From positions 208,320,001 to 208,384,000 of the forward strand of contig OX597814.1 of assembly GCA_951406725.2 (NCBI GenBank): DNA of 64,000 nucleotides, in the 5' to 3' direction. This DNA is from Octopus vulgaris (lineage: Eukaryota). The notes under the pieces were generated by a model. That model made no database searches and had not been told where the DNA came from. It was given only the letters and a program-made list of their open reading frames with translations. Positions 13,754-28,105 of the stretch are shown here, one piece after another. How positions within the stretch are numbered: the stretch's first letter is position 1; the number at the start of each line of letters is the position of its first letter. A program made the translations under genes and the position numbers.

Positions 13754-15669
13754 TTAAACAATGGTGAAGAGACATAAATTGTAGAGACTGTTAATTTTGA
13801 TGGTTACAATTTTCTCTTGCTAATGGTAACTGACAAAAAGTAAGATAAAATGCCCTGAGATCATCAGGCACATATGTGTTTTATTTTGCTCTAAAATAAA
13901 CTTAACTAAAAAAAAAAACTCAACGAATATATTTTAGTAGATGTTTATTCAAAGAAGAACATAGGTATTTATTGTATATTTGTTCAAATATAAGACAGAA
14001 CAGGACAACTTGCATTTTTCTAATAAATATCACTTAAGAAATGTTTTCTGCTATGTTAAATGGGTTTTTTTATATATCATCTATATAAAATATGGTTTTG
14101 AGGAACAATTTAAAAAAATATTTTTACTTATATTTAAACATACATTATACATATTCTATAGATTTTATTACTTATGTTAGAACATTGTTTAGGTGTGAGG
14201 AATTAAGAATTAGTTGAAGCTCCAATTTAATCTGTAACCAGATAAGACGGGTAAATTTTCAAATGTTTTTTAATTAGAAGCTGGCCAGATATTCTGCATT
14301 TTTAAAAATATTTTTGCTACAAAACTTAGTTTAAAAATCATTGATTGTTTCATGTTTGTTTTCTTTGTAGTTACTTTTATCTCAGAAAATGAAATGGAAA
14401 TATTTGAACCATATCAAGTAGAAATTATTTCATCTCATAGCAAAATCCATCATTGGATTTGATTTATATCGACTTTATATTTTATTTTATTTCATCTCTT
14501 AAGAGATAATACTTTTATTTCCGCAAAAGAATAAAAGCACTCTTTCATGAAATTGTCAATTGATTTATTTAAAAAAAAGATTAAAAAATGTTTGAAATGA
14601 TGAAAACAATCAAAAGAAACATGTTCACATTTGTTACAGATTGTAGATATTACAGTAAAATAATTAAATTTCAATTTTTTAACAACTAAAGTAATTTATT
14701 TAACACTTGCATAAATTAAGTTAGATATCAACTGGTATAACTGTTCATTGTTTTTGCATATCAAATGGGTAGAAAATTTTGAAAAAAATCCTGTATCATA
14801 TTTTAAAATTCAGAAGCAATTTACAGCAATCATTTGTGTAAAATTAACAAAGTTTTAATTGCTTAATTGCAAATTTACAGTGTTGATACTCGAAAATTTG
14901 GAAGTAAAAGAAACAAAAAACAAAATTAAAACACAACACTTGAAGGGTTATAGATGTTACTATATCCTGTGATGGAGCCAAGAGGGATTTACCAGAAATG
15001 GGGTGACAAAATTGAAATTTGAATTTTTACAAAATCTGATATATTCGATAATGCATCTTTTTTTAATTCAGATATCACCAAGATCAACTTTACTTTCCAC
15101 TTTTTATTATTAAAATAGCTTCTTGTGATATACTGAGTTCAACTCAATACTTGATTCAATAATTACTCGTCACCTTGAAAAGATTTGAAGGTTCACACTG
15201 AGACAAAAGAAACAGTCATTGCAACTTGTTATACAACTGGAAGAATCCATGTATTTCCAGATATCTGATATCTGTTAGTCTACTCATGTATTTAGATAAG
15301 TCACTATAGGAAGAAAAAAAATGTAGATGGTGATAAAAGAGAAACAAAATTTCCAGTATTTATAAGATAAATTACTTCAGGAGAATGGTTTATTTTTAAT
15401 TTGGAATAAAAATATTTTAGATAGCTATCAAGGAACACACATATATGCATTTGTGATTATGTATATATGTGAATACATACACATATCAATGTGTCCGTAT
15501 ACACATGCTTATGTATATATGTATGCATAGGCATGACTTACATGCAGGCATGGCTGTGTGGTTGTGTATACACGTATTATGCTCCATATACATACATGGG
15601 ACATGTAGATGTCATGATATGAAAGCTACCAACATTTACCATTACACAAAATAATGTGCATGTATGCAT

Positions 15670-15866
15670 ATCATCATCATCATCATCGTTTAACGTCCGT
15701 TCTCCATGCTAGCATGGGTTGGACGGTTCGATCGGGGATCTGGGAAGCCAGAAGGCTGCACCAGGCTCCGGTCTTATCTGGCAACCTTCTGGCTTCCCAG
15801 ATCCCCGGTCGAACCGTCCACAACCCATGCTAGCATGGAGAACGGACGTTAAACGATGATGATGAT
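15670..15866. repeat. Fold-back palindrome of the RTE 3' end (family D)
   Basis: ~85-bp arms (15672-15755 / 15785-15866) with ~29-nt spacer. Confidence 0.9.
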
Positions 15867-16752
15867 CATCATCATCTATGTATATAAATGTATACATGTG
15901 TGTGTGTGTGTGTGTCTATTTCTTAATATTTGTGCTTGTCTGGAAATTTGCTTAGCTATGAGTGGTGATGTTGCTGTCTTTCCTCTGTCAATGATGTCCC
16001 GGTTTTGTGCCATTGAAGACATTGTAAAACAGTACCTCAATGATGTATTCATCTAACCCATGCTAGCATGGAAAAAATGGACACACAAATAAATGAGTGA
16101 ATAACACAGACACACATGTGCATGTGTGTGCACACACACACACCAAAGATCAGTAAGAACATATCTTTATCATTCAGTGATAATCAACTTCTGTAGAAGC
16201 TGTGACTGCTTTATATCATTTGGTATTAACGCATTTGAATGATCAGATGTTTCTTTTTTCCATCTAAACTTTTGTGTAGTAACACAAATCTGAGTCAAAA
16301 CATTAGTACACACATACATTATGTAATGATAAATCTTGGTAGACACTTCTTATGCCCCATTATATATATATGTATATATATGACAGACCAGAAGTCTATT
16401 TAAGATATAATCAGTACTGAAAATGCAGAGCATTTGCCCAATAACAAACTTATTCCATTGCATGATGGATCAAGGCCTACCATGTCTTTGAATGAATATG
16501 AATGAGAAGAAATTTAAAATGCAAGAAAACAAAATAAACAAAAGTATATACTGATTGCTATAGTTTATAGTTTATTTTTAATTAGAAGAAAATAAATTAT
16601 AAAACATTTGCAACCACGAAAGGAATACAATAAAACTTACAATATACATGTATATAAGTATTCTTTAAACCCATAAGTTGTTATCAAGGTCCAGTTTGTT
16701 GGTTTCCAAATTTAATGAATTGAAGGAGGATCAGAGGAAACAGAAGAAATTA

Positions 16753-16784
<32 letters not shown>

Positions 16785-18796
16785 TATTATCATTATTATT
16801 ATTTAATTTGTTTCTGTTTAATTTTCGTGTTGAATTTAAAATAATCAAGTAAAAACAAAAAAAAAAAAACAACTACAAACATACAGCAATCATAGAAAGC
16901 ACAATCTTGAATGTCAAAAGTTTTGTTATTTTATTATTTTTTTTTTGTTATAATTAATATTTTTCTTTATTTTATTATTAAAGTTTTATGAATGGGCTTT
17001 GGGGAAAAATGGTTCTGAAGGATAAAATATTTACAGGTAGAAAATACGGGTAACTGTTTTTGATGGGGTGAGGGGGGAACAAAATCCAAAATCTCAAACA
17101 CAAAGGAAAACAAAATTCTCTTAGAGTTACATGGATCTAGTGTTATTTATCATAGTTGTCTATTAAAATAATGTTTTAGTTTTTTAACAAGAGATAAATT
17201 CAATATATTTATATTATTTGTCACCATCCATACCACTTCTAACAAATCCTTGAATATAAATCATTTAGTAGATAAAAATACATTCACGTCAAGCTTCTTT
17301 TATTAAAAATTATATTCATATTAATTTAAACATAATTGATAAACTAACTTAAATTATCTTAAAAATATCATAATTGAGTATTTTTTGAGTTGGTGCATAT
17401 TGAAATTATTTAAAAAAATATTGCAAACATTTAAAATTAAATTTTAAAAATCTATTTTAAATATAAAATGTTGTTTTAAATTAATTTGTAAAATATTATT
17501 TAAAATAGAAAAATTACTGTGAATTTATATTTTATGTTTGCATTAAATTCTCAACTTTAAATAATTAAAGATAAATGCTTTAGTGAAAAGAAACCGACTA
17601 TTTTAAAACTTGAATATGAAATAGTTCAAATTTTTTTTTTTTAAAGCGTAGACAAGGGAATTAATTCTAAATCCTTGGGTATCACGATCAGGTACGCAAA
17701 AAAATTAACCCTCCCTTTCAAGGGAAATAACTGTAAAACACATCAAGGAGAAGAGATATGTAAAGGGAGGTAACTGTATCCGGTCATATTTAATAAATAG
17801 CTATTGATTAATATCAAAAAAGTTTCAAGAACAATAAACATAAAAAAAATTGAAAAATGTTTAAACTCAATCCAATCTGATGGATTGAATTTAAGCAATG
17901 GCTCTTTAATTTCTCCTCTGCTCCTTATTGCATTATATTATTTAATTTGAACAGTCGTTCGTTGATATTTTCCTTTTTTTTGTTCTTGAAACTTTTTGGA
18001 ATATTTTACTACCATACATCGACACAAACATCCGGATTACCACTTGATTTATATTTAGGCTACGAAACGTAGCAAAATTTCTTTAATGAATTCGAAAAAT
18101 TCAAATAGTTATATAATATTTTAAAATTTCTTTGTATATTTAGTTTCAAATTTGAAATTTCACATAACATTAATCTTCTACAAATTAATTTCAATTTATA
18201 GTAGAAGATTTCTATAAGAAAAATACATTCCTTTTATGAATTTCTCCAAAAGTACAATTCAATTTTCACAATGAAATAATATGTATATTTAAAAAAAAAA
18301 AAATTATAGTACTTAAAAATTAATATGTAAAAAGCACTAAAAGTTATGGAAAATGATGAAAAAACAAAAAAAAAAAAAACTTGGCTGATGTGACTGAAGA
18401 TTATTTATTACACATTCAGCAGTTAACTGATAAAATTATCATCTATGATATAAAGAATTATTATTTCAGTTCTCTATTTAGGATTGTCTTATTATAGTGA
18501 CATGTGTATATGGAGGAATTGCATTGCTCTCCCCGTGTGCATTTGTGTATATATGCAATGTGTCTAAATATTGCTTTCAATAAATAATATAGCTGTCTAT
18601 ATTGTAATGCTTAAATGAAAATGGTTTATTAGTCACATCAGTCCAAAATAATAATAACAATAAAAAATTACATTTGAAACCAAAAAATCAAATTACAAGA
18701 TTTATTAACAATATAAATATTGGTGGTGATTTAGTAAATAATTTTGATGTTAGAAAATCAATACCTCTGGGATTGGTAAAACATTATTAGAAGTAG

Positions 18797-18798
<2 letters not shown>

Positions 18799-18872
<74 letters not shown>
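18799..18872. repeat. (TA)n microsatellite
   Basis: Pure TA run. Confidence 0.95.
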
Positions 18873-18875
<3 letters not shown>

Positions 18876-19094
18876 AATGCATGAAAAAAGTATGTTTTAG
18901 GGATGCACAGAAAATTCTTCAAACAAATATTAAATTTTACATTTTAATACCCATCGAAATTTAAGAATTAAAAACAGATTAATTTTGTATAATTATATAA
19001 ATTAATCATCAAAATTATTTTGTCTACTCCTAGGGCAGAATAGAGTAGTAGATACTTATGATGTAGACACAATGAATGTGTGTGTGTGAGTGTT

Positions 19095-19141
<47 letters not shown>

Positions 19142-19158
19142 GTATATATATATATATG

Positions 19159-19190
<32 letters not shown>

Positions 19191-19391
19191 TGATGCAGTT
19201 TAAATAAGTATCAGATTGCTGTTTTAAGGGACTTATATATTCATGCATGTGTACATACGCACACACAAACACACACACAAATTATACACGCATGCATATA
19301 TATATATATATATGTATATATAATATATGTATGTGTGTATGTGGAAAGTATTGATGTATAAGAAACTTCCCTTTAACTAAAAAAATTCTTG

Positions 19392-19551
19392 TTATTGTTT
19401 TTTCTTCTTAGTTGAAGAATTTAAATTCAGGGAAAGTGGAAAACAGCCGGTGCCACACGAAACAGGGGAACTGCATGAGTTTCCACATGAAAAACTCAAA
19501 GGACGTGGGCTAGCATCATCGTGGAAGTAGATTTCAGATTGTAGTGTAGAT
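19392..19551 (-). CDS. Candidate terminal coding exon, possibly an alternative secernin C-terminus
   Basis: Strong acceptor gatttttattttccag|A; non-repetitive GC-richer island; open in phase 2 (compatible with the donor at 59386) for 52 codons: STLQSEIYFHDDASPRPLSFSCGNSCSSPVSCGTGCFPLSLNLNSSTKKKKQ*; followed on the minus strand by several kb of AT-rich UTR-like DNA. No homology recognised. Confidence 0.35.
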
Positions 19552-20261
19552 CTGGAAAATAAAAATCATTACAACTGTTAGAACCAAATTGGTCAATTTT
19601 TGTTTTTTTAGAAAATAAAGATTGAAATAAATACATCTTAAAATTTTGTTATTTTTGGAATGCTATCTGAAGCTAATATCTAACAATTATTTAACAAGTA
19701 GTTTAGTATGTGATTTTTCCTGGCTTGAAAACACCAATAAATATCTTTTGTGGTAGACAATTCTTTTTTAGATTGTAATATCAAAAAGATTATACTACTT
19801 GCTTGAGTGACATATTAGTTACACAGCTGGAATGTTACCATTTGTAACTATTATAAGCTCATATGGTGTTTACTAACTTTTCTTTGCCAATCCCCAACTA
19901 ATTTTTTTACTTTCTAACAATTGAAGAATGAGAAAAGTCAATTTCCTAATAGCTAATTAAGTTTTAGTTTTAAAACTTAAATTATACTACACAACGTGCA
20001 GGTAAACAAACTGAACTACAAAAATAATAAGATTTTGATGTGATATAAATTAATTGGAAAAAAAAGAAAAAAACTGTAAATGGTGACAATTGCAATAATG
20101 ATTAAAAAATTAATTGACTGCCTTGTTCCCACTTTATATTTCTAATTTTATCAAAATGTGAAACTTTCTCACAGACTGCAATTTACAGGTCTACCTATGG
20201 TTTTGGGAAATTACTAGATTATGCCTTGATTGTTGAAAGAGCATTGAATCTAGATTCGCAC

Positions 20262-20625
20262 AAGTATATCATTGCCAATGAAATGAAGATACAGTTCTTT
20301 GTCCGTTGCCAGCCTCTCCTGGCCCCCATGCCGGTGGCACGTAGCACCGTCCGTTTGTGGCCGTTGCCAGCCTCGCCTGGCCCCTGTGCCGGTGGCATGT
20401 AAAAGCACCATCCGTTCATGGCTGTTAGCCAGCCCCGTCTGGCACGTAAAAAGCACCCACTACACTCATGGAGTGGTTGGCGTTAGGAAGGGCATCCAGC
20501 CGTAGAAACACTGCCAGATCAGACTGGAGCCTGGTACAGCCTTCTGGCTTCACAGACCCCAGTTAAACCGTCCAACCCATGCTAGCATGGAAAGCGGACG
20601 CTAAATGATGATGATGATGATGATA
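20262..20625 (+). mobile_element. RTE-LINE 3' UTR fragment (family D)
   Basis: Subrepeats, GGCGTTAGGAAGGGCATCC motif, (ATG)n tail. Confidence 0.8.
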
Positions 20626-21332
20626 ATGAAGTAGAATAATAAAGTTCTTGGGTTTAATAGAATAAAGTTATTTCTAAGAGCTAATTAATGATTTTAGATT
20701 ATGAACTCCCCAAGTTGGGATGCCCTGAGAAAGTAAGTGGAAATAAAAGTTTCAATTACTGCTAAAACAAGTTGAATGGTAAGGTTTAAGTTAACTACTA
20801 ATGCATAGAAAGCATGATCCCAGGTCAAAATTAGATGTATCTAGAGGCAATTATGATAGAACACAAGTATCAATAAATATCTGCAACATCTGATTAGTGA
20901 AATAAATATCTATGACTAAATTAAATCTTCATCAATCCAATGCTTATTACTAAATTTTCTCAATGGTGTTTAAGCATTTATCACATGCTGGTATTTAAAC
21001 CTTGCTACATTCACACTTGGACCACAGGTCCTACCCAGTACGTCAATCACCCAGAGAGCTATGGTAGCAAAGTGCAGGCTCTTCGTAGGGCCATCCATGC
21101 TGGGCAGGTCAAAAATTAGAGTCTAGACCAATATGGAGCACCTATTCCAAGAGGCAAAAAATGGGTTTTCATTGCTACTTCTAATGATAAGAAAAAAAAT
21201 ATAGAAGTTAGTGGAGCATTGCTAAAAATTTGGAATCACCATGACCTGAGAGAGGATAACAGTTCAGAGCCAAGAACATTGGAGAAAAGTTTTGATGGTC
21301 TACGTTCCATGGGCTTAAGAGAGTAAGTACAT

Positions 21333-21379
21333 ATATATGTGTATATCTGCCTATCTATCTATCTATCTATCTATATATG

Positions 21380-21410
<31 letters not shown>

Positions 21411-21966
21411 GTATATATATATGTATATACATATGTATATATATATATGTATATATATATGTATATACATATGTATATATATATATATGTATATATATAT
21501 ATGTATATACATATATATATGTATATACATATATATCTATCTATATATACGTATATACATATATATATATCTATATATGTATATACATATATATCTATCT
21601 ATATATACGTATATACATATATATCTATCTATATATGTATATACATATATATATATATATCTATATATGTATATATATTTATATATGTATATATATTTAT
21701 ATGTATATATATATGTCTATATATATATATGTGTGTGTATATATATATGTGTATATATATATGTGTATATATGTTTGTGTATATATATATGTGTATATAT
21801 ATATATATATGTGTATATATATGTGTATGTATATGTATGTATATATATATACATGTATATATATATATATGTATATACATGTGTATATATATATATACAT
21901 GTGTATGTATATATATATATATATACATGTGTATATATATATACACGTATATATATATATGTATAT
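21333..21966. repeat. Degenerate (TA)n low-complexity array
   Basis: TA with TG/CA interruptions; source of spurious YI-rich ORFs. Confidence 0.95.
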
Positions 21967-21984
21967 CACTGTGATTGACAAGGC

Positions 21985-22267
21985 TATCAGATATTGTTAC
22001 ACATCGCTGGTCACAATGCGCTTCACATTGTTTTAGCCTTCAAGTGACACCACCCCACTGGCTGAGCGAGTAGGCCAAAAGAAGAATGAGTGAGAGAAAG
22101 TTGTGGCAAAAGAGTACAGCAGGTATCAGCACCTCCCCTGTTGGAGCCTCGGGGAGCATTTAGGTGTTTTCCCTCAATAAACACTCACAATGCCCAGTCT
22201 GGGAATTGAAACCACAATCCTTCGACCACGAGTCTGATGCCCTAACCACTGGGCCATTGCACCTCCA
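21985..22267 (-). mobile_element. tRNA-headed SINE family C (head fragment repeated at 23218-23303)
   Basis: Head ggagg(c/t)gcaatggcccagtggttaggg..tcgattcccagac. Confidence 0.75.
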
Positions 22268-22392
22268 ATATATGTATATGTGTGTGTGTGTGTGAATATA
22301 TATATATATATATATATGTATATGTATCCATATATATGTATATGTATATATATGTGTATCTATATATATATATATATGTATCTAGATATATG

Positions 22393-22428
<36 letters not shown>

Positions 22429-22458
22429 TATGTATATATCTATGTATATATATGTATG

Positions 22459-22509
<51 letters not shown>

Positions 22510-22557
22510 GTTTATATATATATATGTATATATATACATATATATATACACACACAA

Positions 22558-22611
<54 letters not shown>

Positions 22612-22691
22612 TTAGAATAACTTAGAAAGGTTTTGGCCAGTATTGGCCCAGGCCATGTCTAACTTAATAGCACCAAATATATATATATATA

Positions 22692-23174
22692 TAAATTATT
22701 CAAAATAAAAACATGATGCCAAGGATTCAGCGGTACATATGTTTCGGGCCTTTATTAGACGGATTTATAACAATGCATAATGTGTGTCTATGGCCTTCGT
22801 GCACAACTACTACCTCAAGGACATGTATCAAAAATTCTACGTTGGGGATGCAAATCCTCTCATTCACGTACGACATAATGCGGCAACAGCATAAAAATGA
22901 AGCGTCCATCTCGTCCTTTTCTCAATGTGAGAGGATTTGCATCCCCAACGTAGAATTTTTGATGTAATACATGTCCTTGAGGTAGTAGTTGTGCGCAGCT
23001 GAAGAAGGCCATAGACACACATTATGCATTGTTATAAATCCGTCTAATAAAGGCCCGAAACATATGTACCGCTGAATCCTTGGCATCATGTTTTTATTTT
23101 GAATAATTTACTCCACCACCTACACCACTAAACGATATATACAGGTGCTTACAATTATCAATTACTCACCCTGA

Positions 23175-23179
<5 letters not shown>
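22692..23179 (+). mobile_element. Penelope-like fold-back element (inverted pLTR plus tail) in (TA)n
   Basis: Arms 22692-22864 / 22924-23110, ~70-nt unpaired tail, TA runs both sides, hammerhead motif in right arm. Confidence 0.65.
22995..23072 (+). ncRNA. Type I hammerhead ribozyme motif with long stem II
   Basis: gcag CUGAAGA a ggcc-auagac...gucua..ggcc c GAAA CAUAUG UA ccgc; palindromic stem III, GUA site; stem I weak (3 of 4 pairs). Confidence 0.55.
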
Positions 23180-23218
<39 letters not shown>

Positions 23219-23364
23219 CACTCACAATGCCCTGTCTGGGAATTGAAATCGTAATCCTATGACCGTGAGTCTGCTCCCCTAACCACTGGGCCATTGCACC
23301 TCCAATATATGTATATGTATATGTGTGTGTGTGTGTGTGTATATATCTATGTATACATACATAC

Positions 23365-23419
<55 letters not shown>

Positions 23420-23422
<3 letters not shown>

Positions 23423-24155
23423 AGCTTGGGCAAAGTTCAGAGAGCTCTTACCTCTGCTGGTGACAAAGGGCCTCTCGCTCAGAGTAAAATGTAGACTGTA
23501 TAGCGCATGTGTACGAATGGCTATGCTACATAGCAATGAAACATGGGCTGTGACTGCTGAGGACATGTGTAAGCTCACAAGGAATGAAGCCAGTATGCTC
23601 CAATGAATGTGTAATGTCAGTGTGCTTACTCGACAGAGTGTAAGTACCTTGAGAGAAAAGTTGGACCTAAGAAGCATCAGATGTGGTGTGCAAGGAAGAT
23701 GACTGCGCTGATATGGCCATGGGGTGAGAATGTATGTGGATAGCTGCGTGAAAAAGTGCCACACCCTAGTGGTTGAGGGAACCTGTGGAAGAGGTAGACC
23801 CAGGAAACCTGGGATGAGGTGGTGAAGCATGACCTTCGAACTTTGGGCCTCACCAAGGCAATGACTAGTGACTGGGACCTTTGGAAATATGCTGTGCTTG
23901 TGAAGGCTCGGCATGCCAAGTTAGACCATAACCTTGTGGCCTATGCCAGGGGTGTAACCATCCCACTTTCCTTCATTGGACACCAAACTCTGCTTGTGAA
24001 GATCTGTTGAGGTAAGTGAAATCAAAGTTGAAATCGAAATCCAATTCGATGACTGTCAACCGTGCTAGTGGAGCTCTAAGAGTACCATCCGAGCGTGATT
24101 GTTGCCAGAGTAACAAACTGGCTTCTGTGCTGGTAGCATGTAAAAAGCACAATTG
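23420..24155 (+). mobile_element. RTE-clade LINE fragment (ORF C-terminus with stops, plus start of 3' UTR)
   Basis: [44 protein letters not shown] motifs typical of RTE post-RT region. Confidence 0.88.
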
Positions 24156-24377
24156 TGTGATGGCTAGAATGTTCTTTTGTATACATATATATATGTATAT
24201 ATATGTGATTATGTATATATGTACATAAATATATATATACATATATACATTGATATATATATACATATACATATATACATTGATATATATATACATATAT
24301 ATATATATGTGCATATATATATTTGTATATATATGTATGTGTATATATATATGTATTTATATATATATATGCATATC

Positions 24378-24428
<51 letters not shown>

Positions 24429-24500
24429 GTATATATATATATGTATATATATATTTATGTATATATATATTTATGTATATATATGTTCATGTATATATAT

Positions 24501-24975
24501 ATATATAAGAAATTAAAAAAGGAAAATATGCATACTTTACATAGTTTTATTATAATTTTTAATATATCAACTGGTTTTACTATCACTATTCATGATATTA
24601 TGTTTTACTTATTTGAATATGTATTTTCTTAAGTAGAATATATATTCCCTACCCACCATTACTGAAAGCTGAATAGTTATCTCCCTTACCCACAACAATA
24701 GCAATAATAACGATAACCAATTACCTCCCCTTTTTTTATTTGTGAAGTCATTCACTCGTAAACATCATTACACATGTCGTGGACAAAATTTCTTCTTAAG
24801 AAAATACATATTCAAATAAGTAAAACATAATATCATGATAAGCGATAGTGAAACCGGTTGATATATCAAAAATTATATTGAAACTATGTAAAGTATGCGT
24901 ATTTTCCTTTTTTAACTTCTTATATATATTACAACTCACCATGTGGGGATAATCGAAACTCCTCCTTTCTGTTAC

Positions 24976-24976
<1 letters not shown>
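24501..24976 (+). mobile_element. Penelope-like fold-back element in (TA)n
   Basis: Arms 24501-24633 / 24795-24929, ~47-nt tail, TA runs both sides, decayed hammerhead in arms. Confidence 0.6.
24830..24864 (+). ncRNA. Degenerate minimal hammerhead motif
   Basis: auauc AUGAUAA gcgauagu GAAA CCGG UU gauau: 5-bp stem I, palindromic ACCGGU stem III, core differs from CUGAUGA at two positions. Confidence 0.45.
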
Positions 24977-25042
<66 letters not shown>

Positions 25043-25087
25043 GTATATGTATACATGTATATATATTTGTATATGTATATATATATA

Positions 25088-25118
<31 letters not shown>

Positions 25119-25121
25119 TTA

Positions 25122-25598
25122 CATCATCATCGTTTAACGTCCGTTCTCCATGCTACCATGGGTTGGACGGTTCAACCGGGGATCTAGTAAGCCAGAAGGC
25201 TGCACCAGGCTCCGGTCTTATCTGGCAATGTTTCTACAGCTGGATGCCCTTCCTAACGCCAACCACTCCGTGAGTGTAGTGGGTGCTTTTTACGTGCCAC
25301 CTGCACTGGAGCCAGGCGAGGCTGGCATCGGCCACGGTCGGATTGGTGCATTTTACGTGCCACCTGCACGGAAGCCAGTTGAGGCGGCACTGGCTTCGGC
25401 CACGATTCGGATGGTGCTTTTTACGTGTCACCGACATGGAAGCCAGTCGAAGCAGTGCTGGCATCAGCCATGATTCGGATAGTGCTTTTTACGTATCTCC
25501 AGTCCAGGGGTCCTGGCATCTGCCAGGTGCCAGTCATAGGATTGGTTCAATTTCAATTCCGATTTCGATTTCACTTGCCCCAACAGGTCTTCACAAGC
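25122..25598 (-). mobile_element. RTE-LINE 3' UTR fragment (family D)
   Basis: 5' end matches 23993-24050 of the RTE; (CAT)n tail. Confidence 0.85.
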
Positions 25599-25668
25599 AA
25601 TATATATATATATATATGTATATATGTATATGTATACATGTATATATATTTGTATATGTATATATATT

Positions 25669-25720
<52 letters not shown>

Positions 25721-25721
<1 letters not shown>

Positions 25722-26097
25722 TTTATCCTTTTACTTGTTTCAGTCATTTGACTGCAGCCGTGCTGGAGCATAGCTTTTGGTCGAGCAAATCAACCCCAGG
25801 ACTTGCTCTTTGTAAACTTAGTACTATTAGTCTCTTTTTTCAAACTGCTAAGTTACAGGGATGCAGACACACCAACATCGGTTCTCAAGTGATGTTTGGT
25901 TGGGGACAAACACAAACATTCAAACATTCACACATGCCTGCATACACACAAAATATATATACCAAATCCACTCACAAGGCTTTGGTTGAACTGAGGATAT
26001 AGTAGAAGACACAACCCGAAGGTGCCACACATTGAGACTGATCTTGGAACCATGTGGTTGGGAAGCAAGCTTCTTACCTCACAGCCACTTCTGCACC
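25721..26097 (-). mobile_element. SINE family A, diverged
   Basis: Similarity to other copies. Confidence 0.8.
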
Positions 26098-26103
26098 TCG
26101 ATC

Positions 26104-27060
<957 letters not shown>

Positions 27061-27061
27061 T

Positions 27062-27872
27062 ACTTCCCAACCACATGGTTCCAAGTTCAGTCCCACTGCA
27101 TGGTACCTTGAGCATGTGACTTCTACTATAGCCTCGGGCCGACCAAAGCCTTGTGAGTAGATTTGGTAGATGGAAACTGAAAGAAGTTGCATTTATATAT
27201 GTATGCAAATGTATGTATGTGTTTGTTGTTTGTATCTGTGTTTATTCCCACCCCCCACTATCGTTTGACAATCAATGTTGGTGTGTTTATGTTCCTGTCA
27301 ACTTAGAAGTTTGGCAAAAAGAGACCGATAGAATAAGTACTAGGCTTACAAAGATTAAGTCCTGGGGTTGATTTATTCGACTAAAGGTGATGCTCCAGCA
27401 TGGCTGCAGTGAAATGACTGAAACAAGTAAAAGAATAAAAGAATATATATATTCATAGGTGCAGGAGTGGCTGTGTGGTAAGTAGCTTGTTTACCAACCA
27501 CATGGTTCCGGGTTCAGTCACACGCATGGCACCTTGGGCAAGTGTTTTCTACTATAGCCTCGGGCCGACCAAAGCCTTGTGAGTGGATTTGGTAGATGGA
27601 AACTGAAAGAAGCCCGTCGTATATATGTATATATATATATATGTGTGTGTGTGCATGTATGTTTGTGTGTTTGTGTTTGTCCCCCTAGCATCGCTTGACA
27701 ACCGATGCTGGTGCGTTTACGTCCCCATAACTTAGCAGTTCGGTAAAAGAGACCGATAGAATAATTACTAGGCTTACAAAGAATAAGTCCTGGGGTCGAT
27801 TTGTTTGACTAAAGACAGTGCTCCTGCATGGCCACAGTCAAATGACTGAAACAAGTAAAAGAGTAAAAGAAT
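27062..27872 (+). mobile_element. Two tandem SINE family A copies (27062-27444 5'-truncated; 27458-27872)
   Basis: Direct similarity to family A. Confidence 0.85.
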
Positions 27873-27892
27873 ATATATATATATATATATAT

Positions 27893-28105
27893 AAGGGGTG
27901 CTGAAAAGTTCCTGGATTTAAGGGTATCGTAAAAGGCCTGGTTGGAGGCCTAACCTGCCAAGTTCTTTTACAGGGCTCAGAAAAAATGAAGGACTGTATC
28001 CACAAGTGTGTGAATATGAGAGGGAATATGTTGAATAAAAACATAACGACCAGATCCTCCTGTGTTTTCTTTTACCCAAACCAAGAACTTTTCAGCTCCG
28101 CTTTG
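27893..28105 (+). mobile_element. Mariner-derived MITE
   Basis: TIR ggggtgctgaaaagttcctgg / ccaagaacttttcagctcc after TA; internal KCVNMRGEYVE* resembles the mariner transposase C-terminus. Confidence 0.7.

Noticed and set aside
18059-18073. GAAACGTA half-hammerhead
   Set aside because: No upstream CUGANGA; just a small gctac/gtagc hairpin
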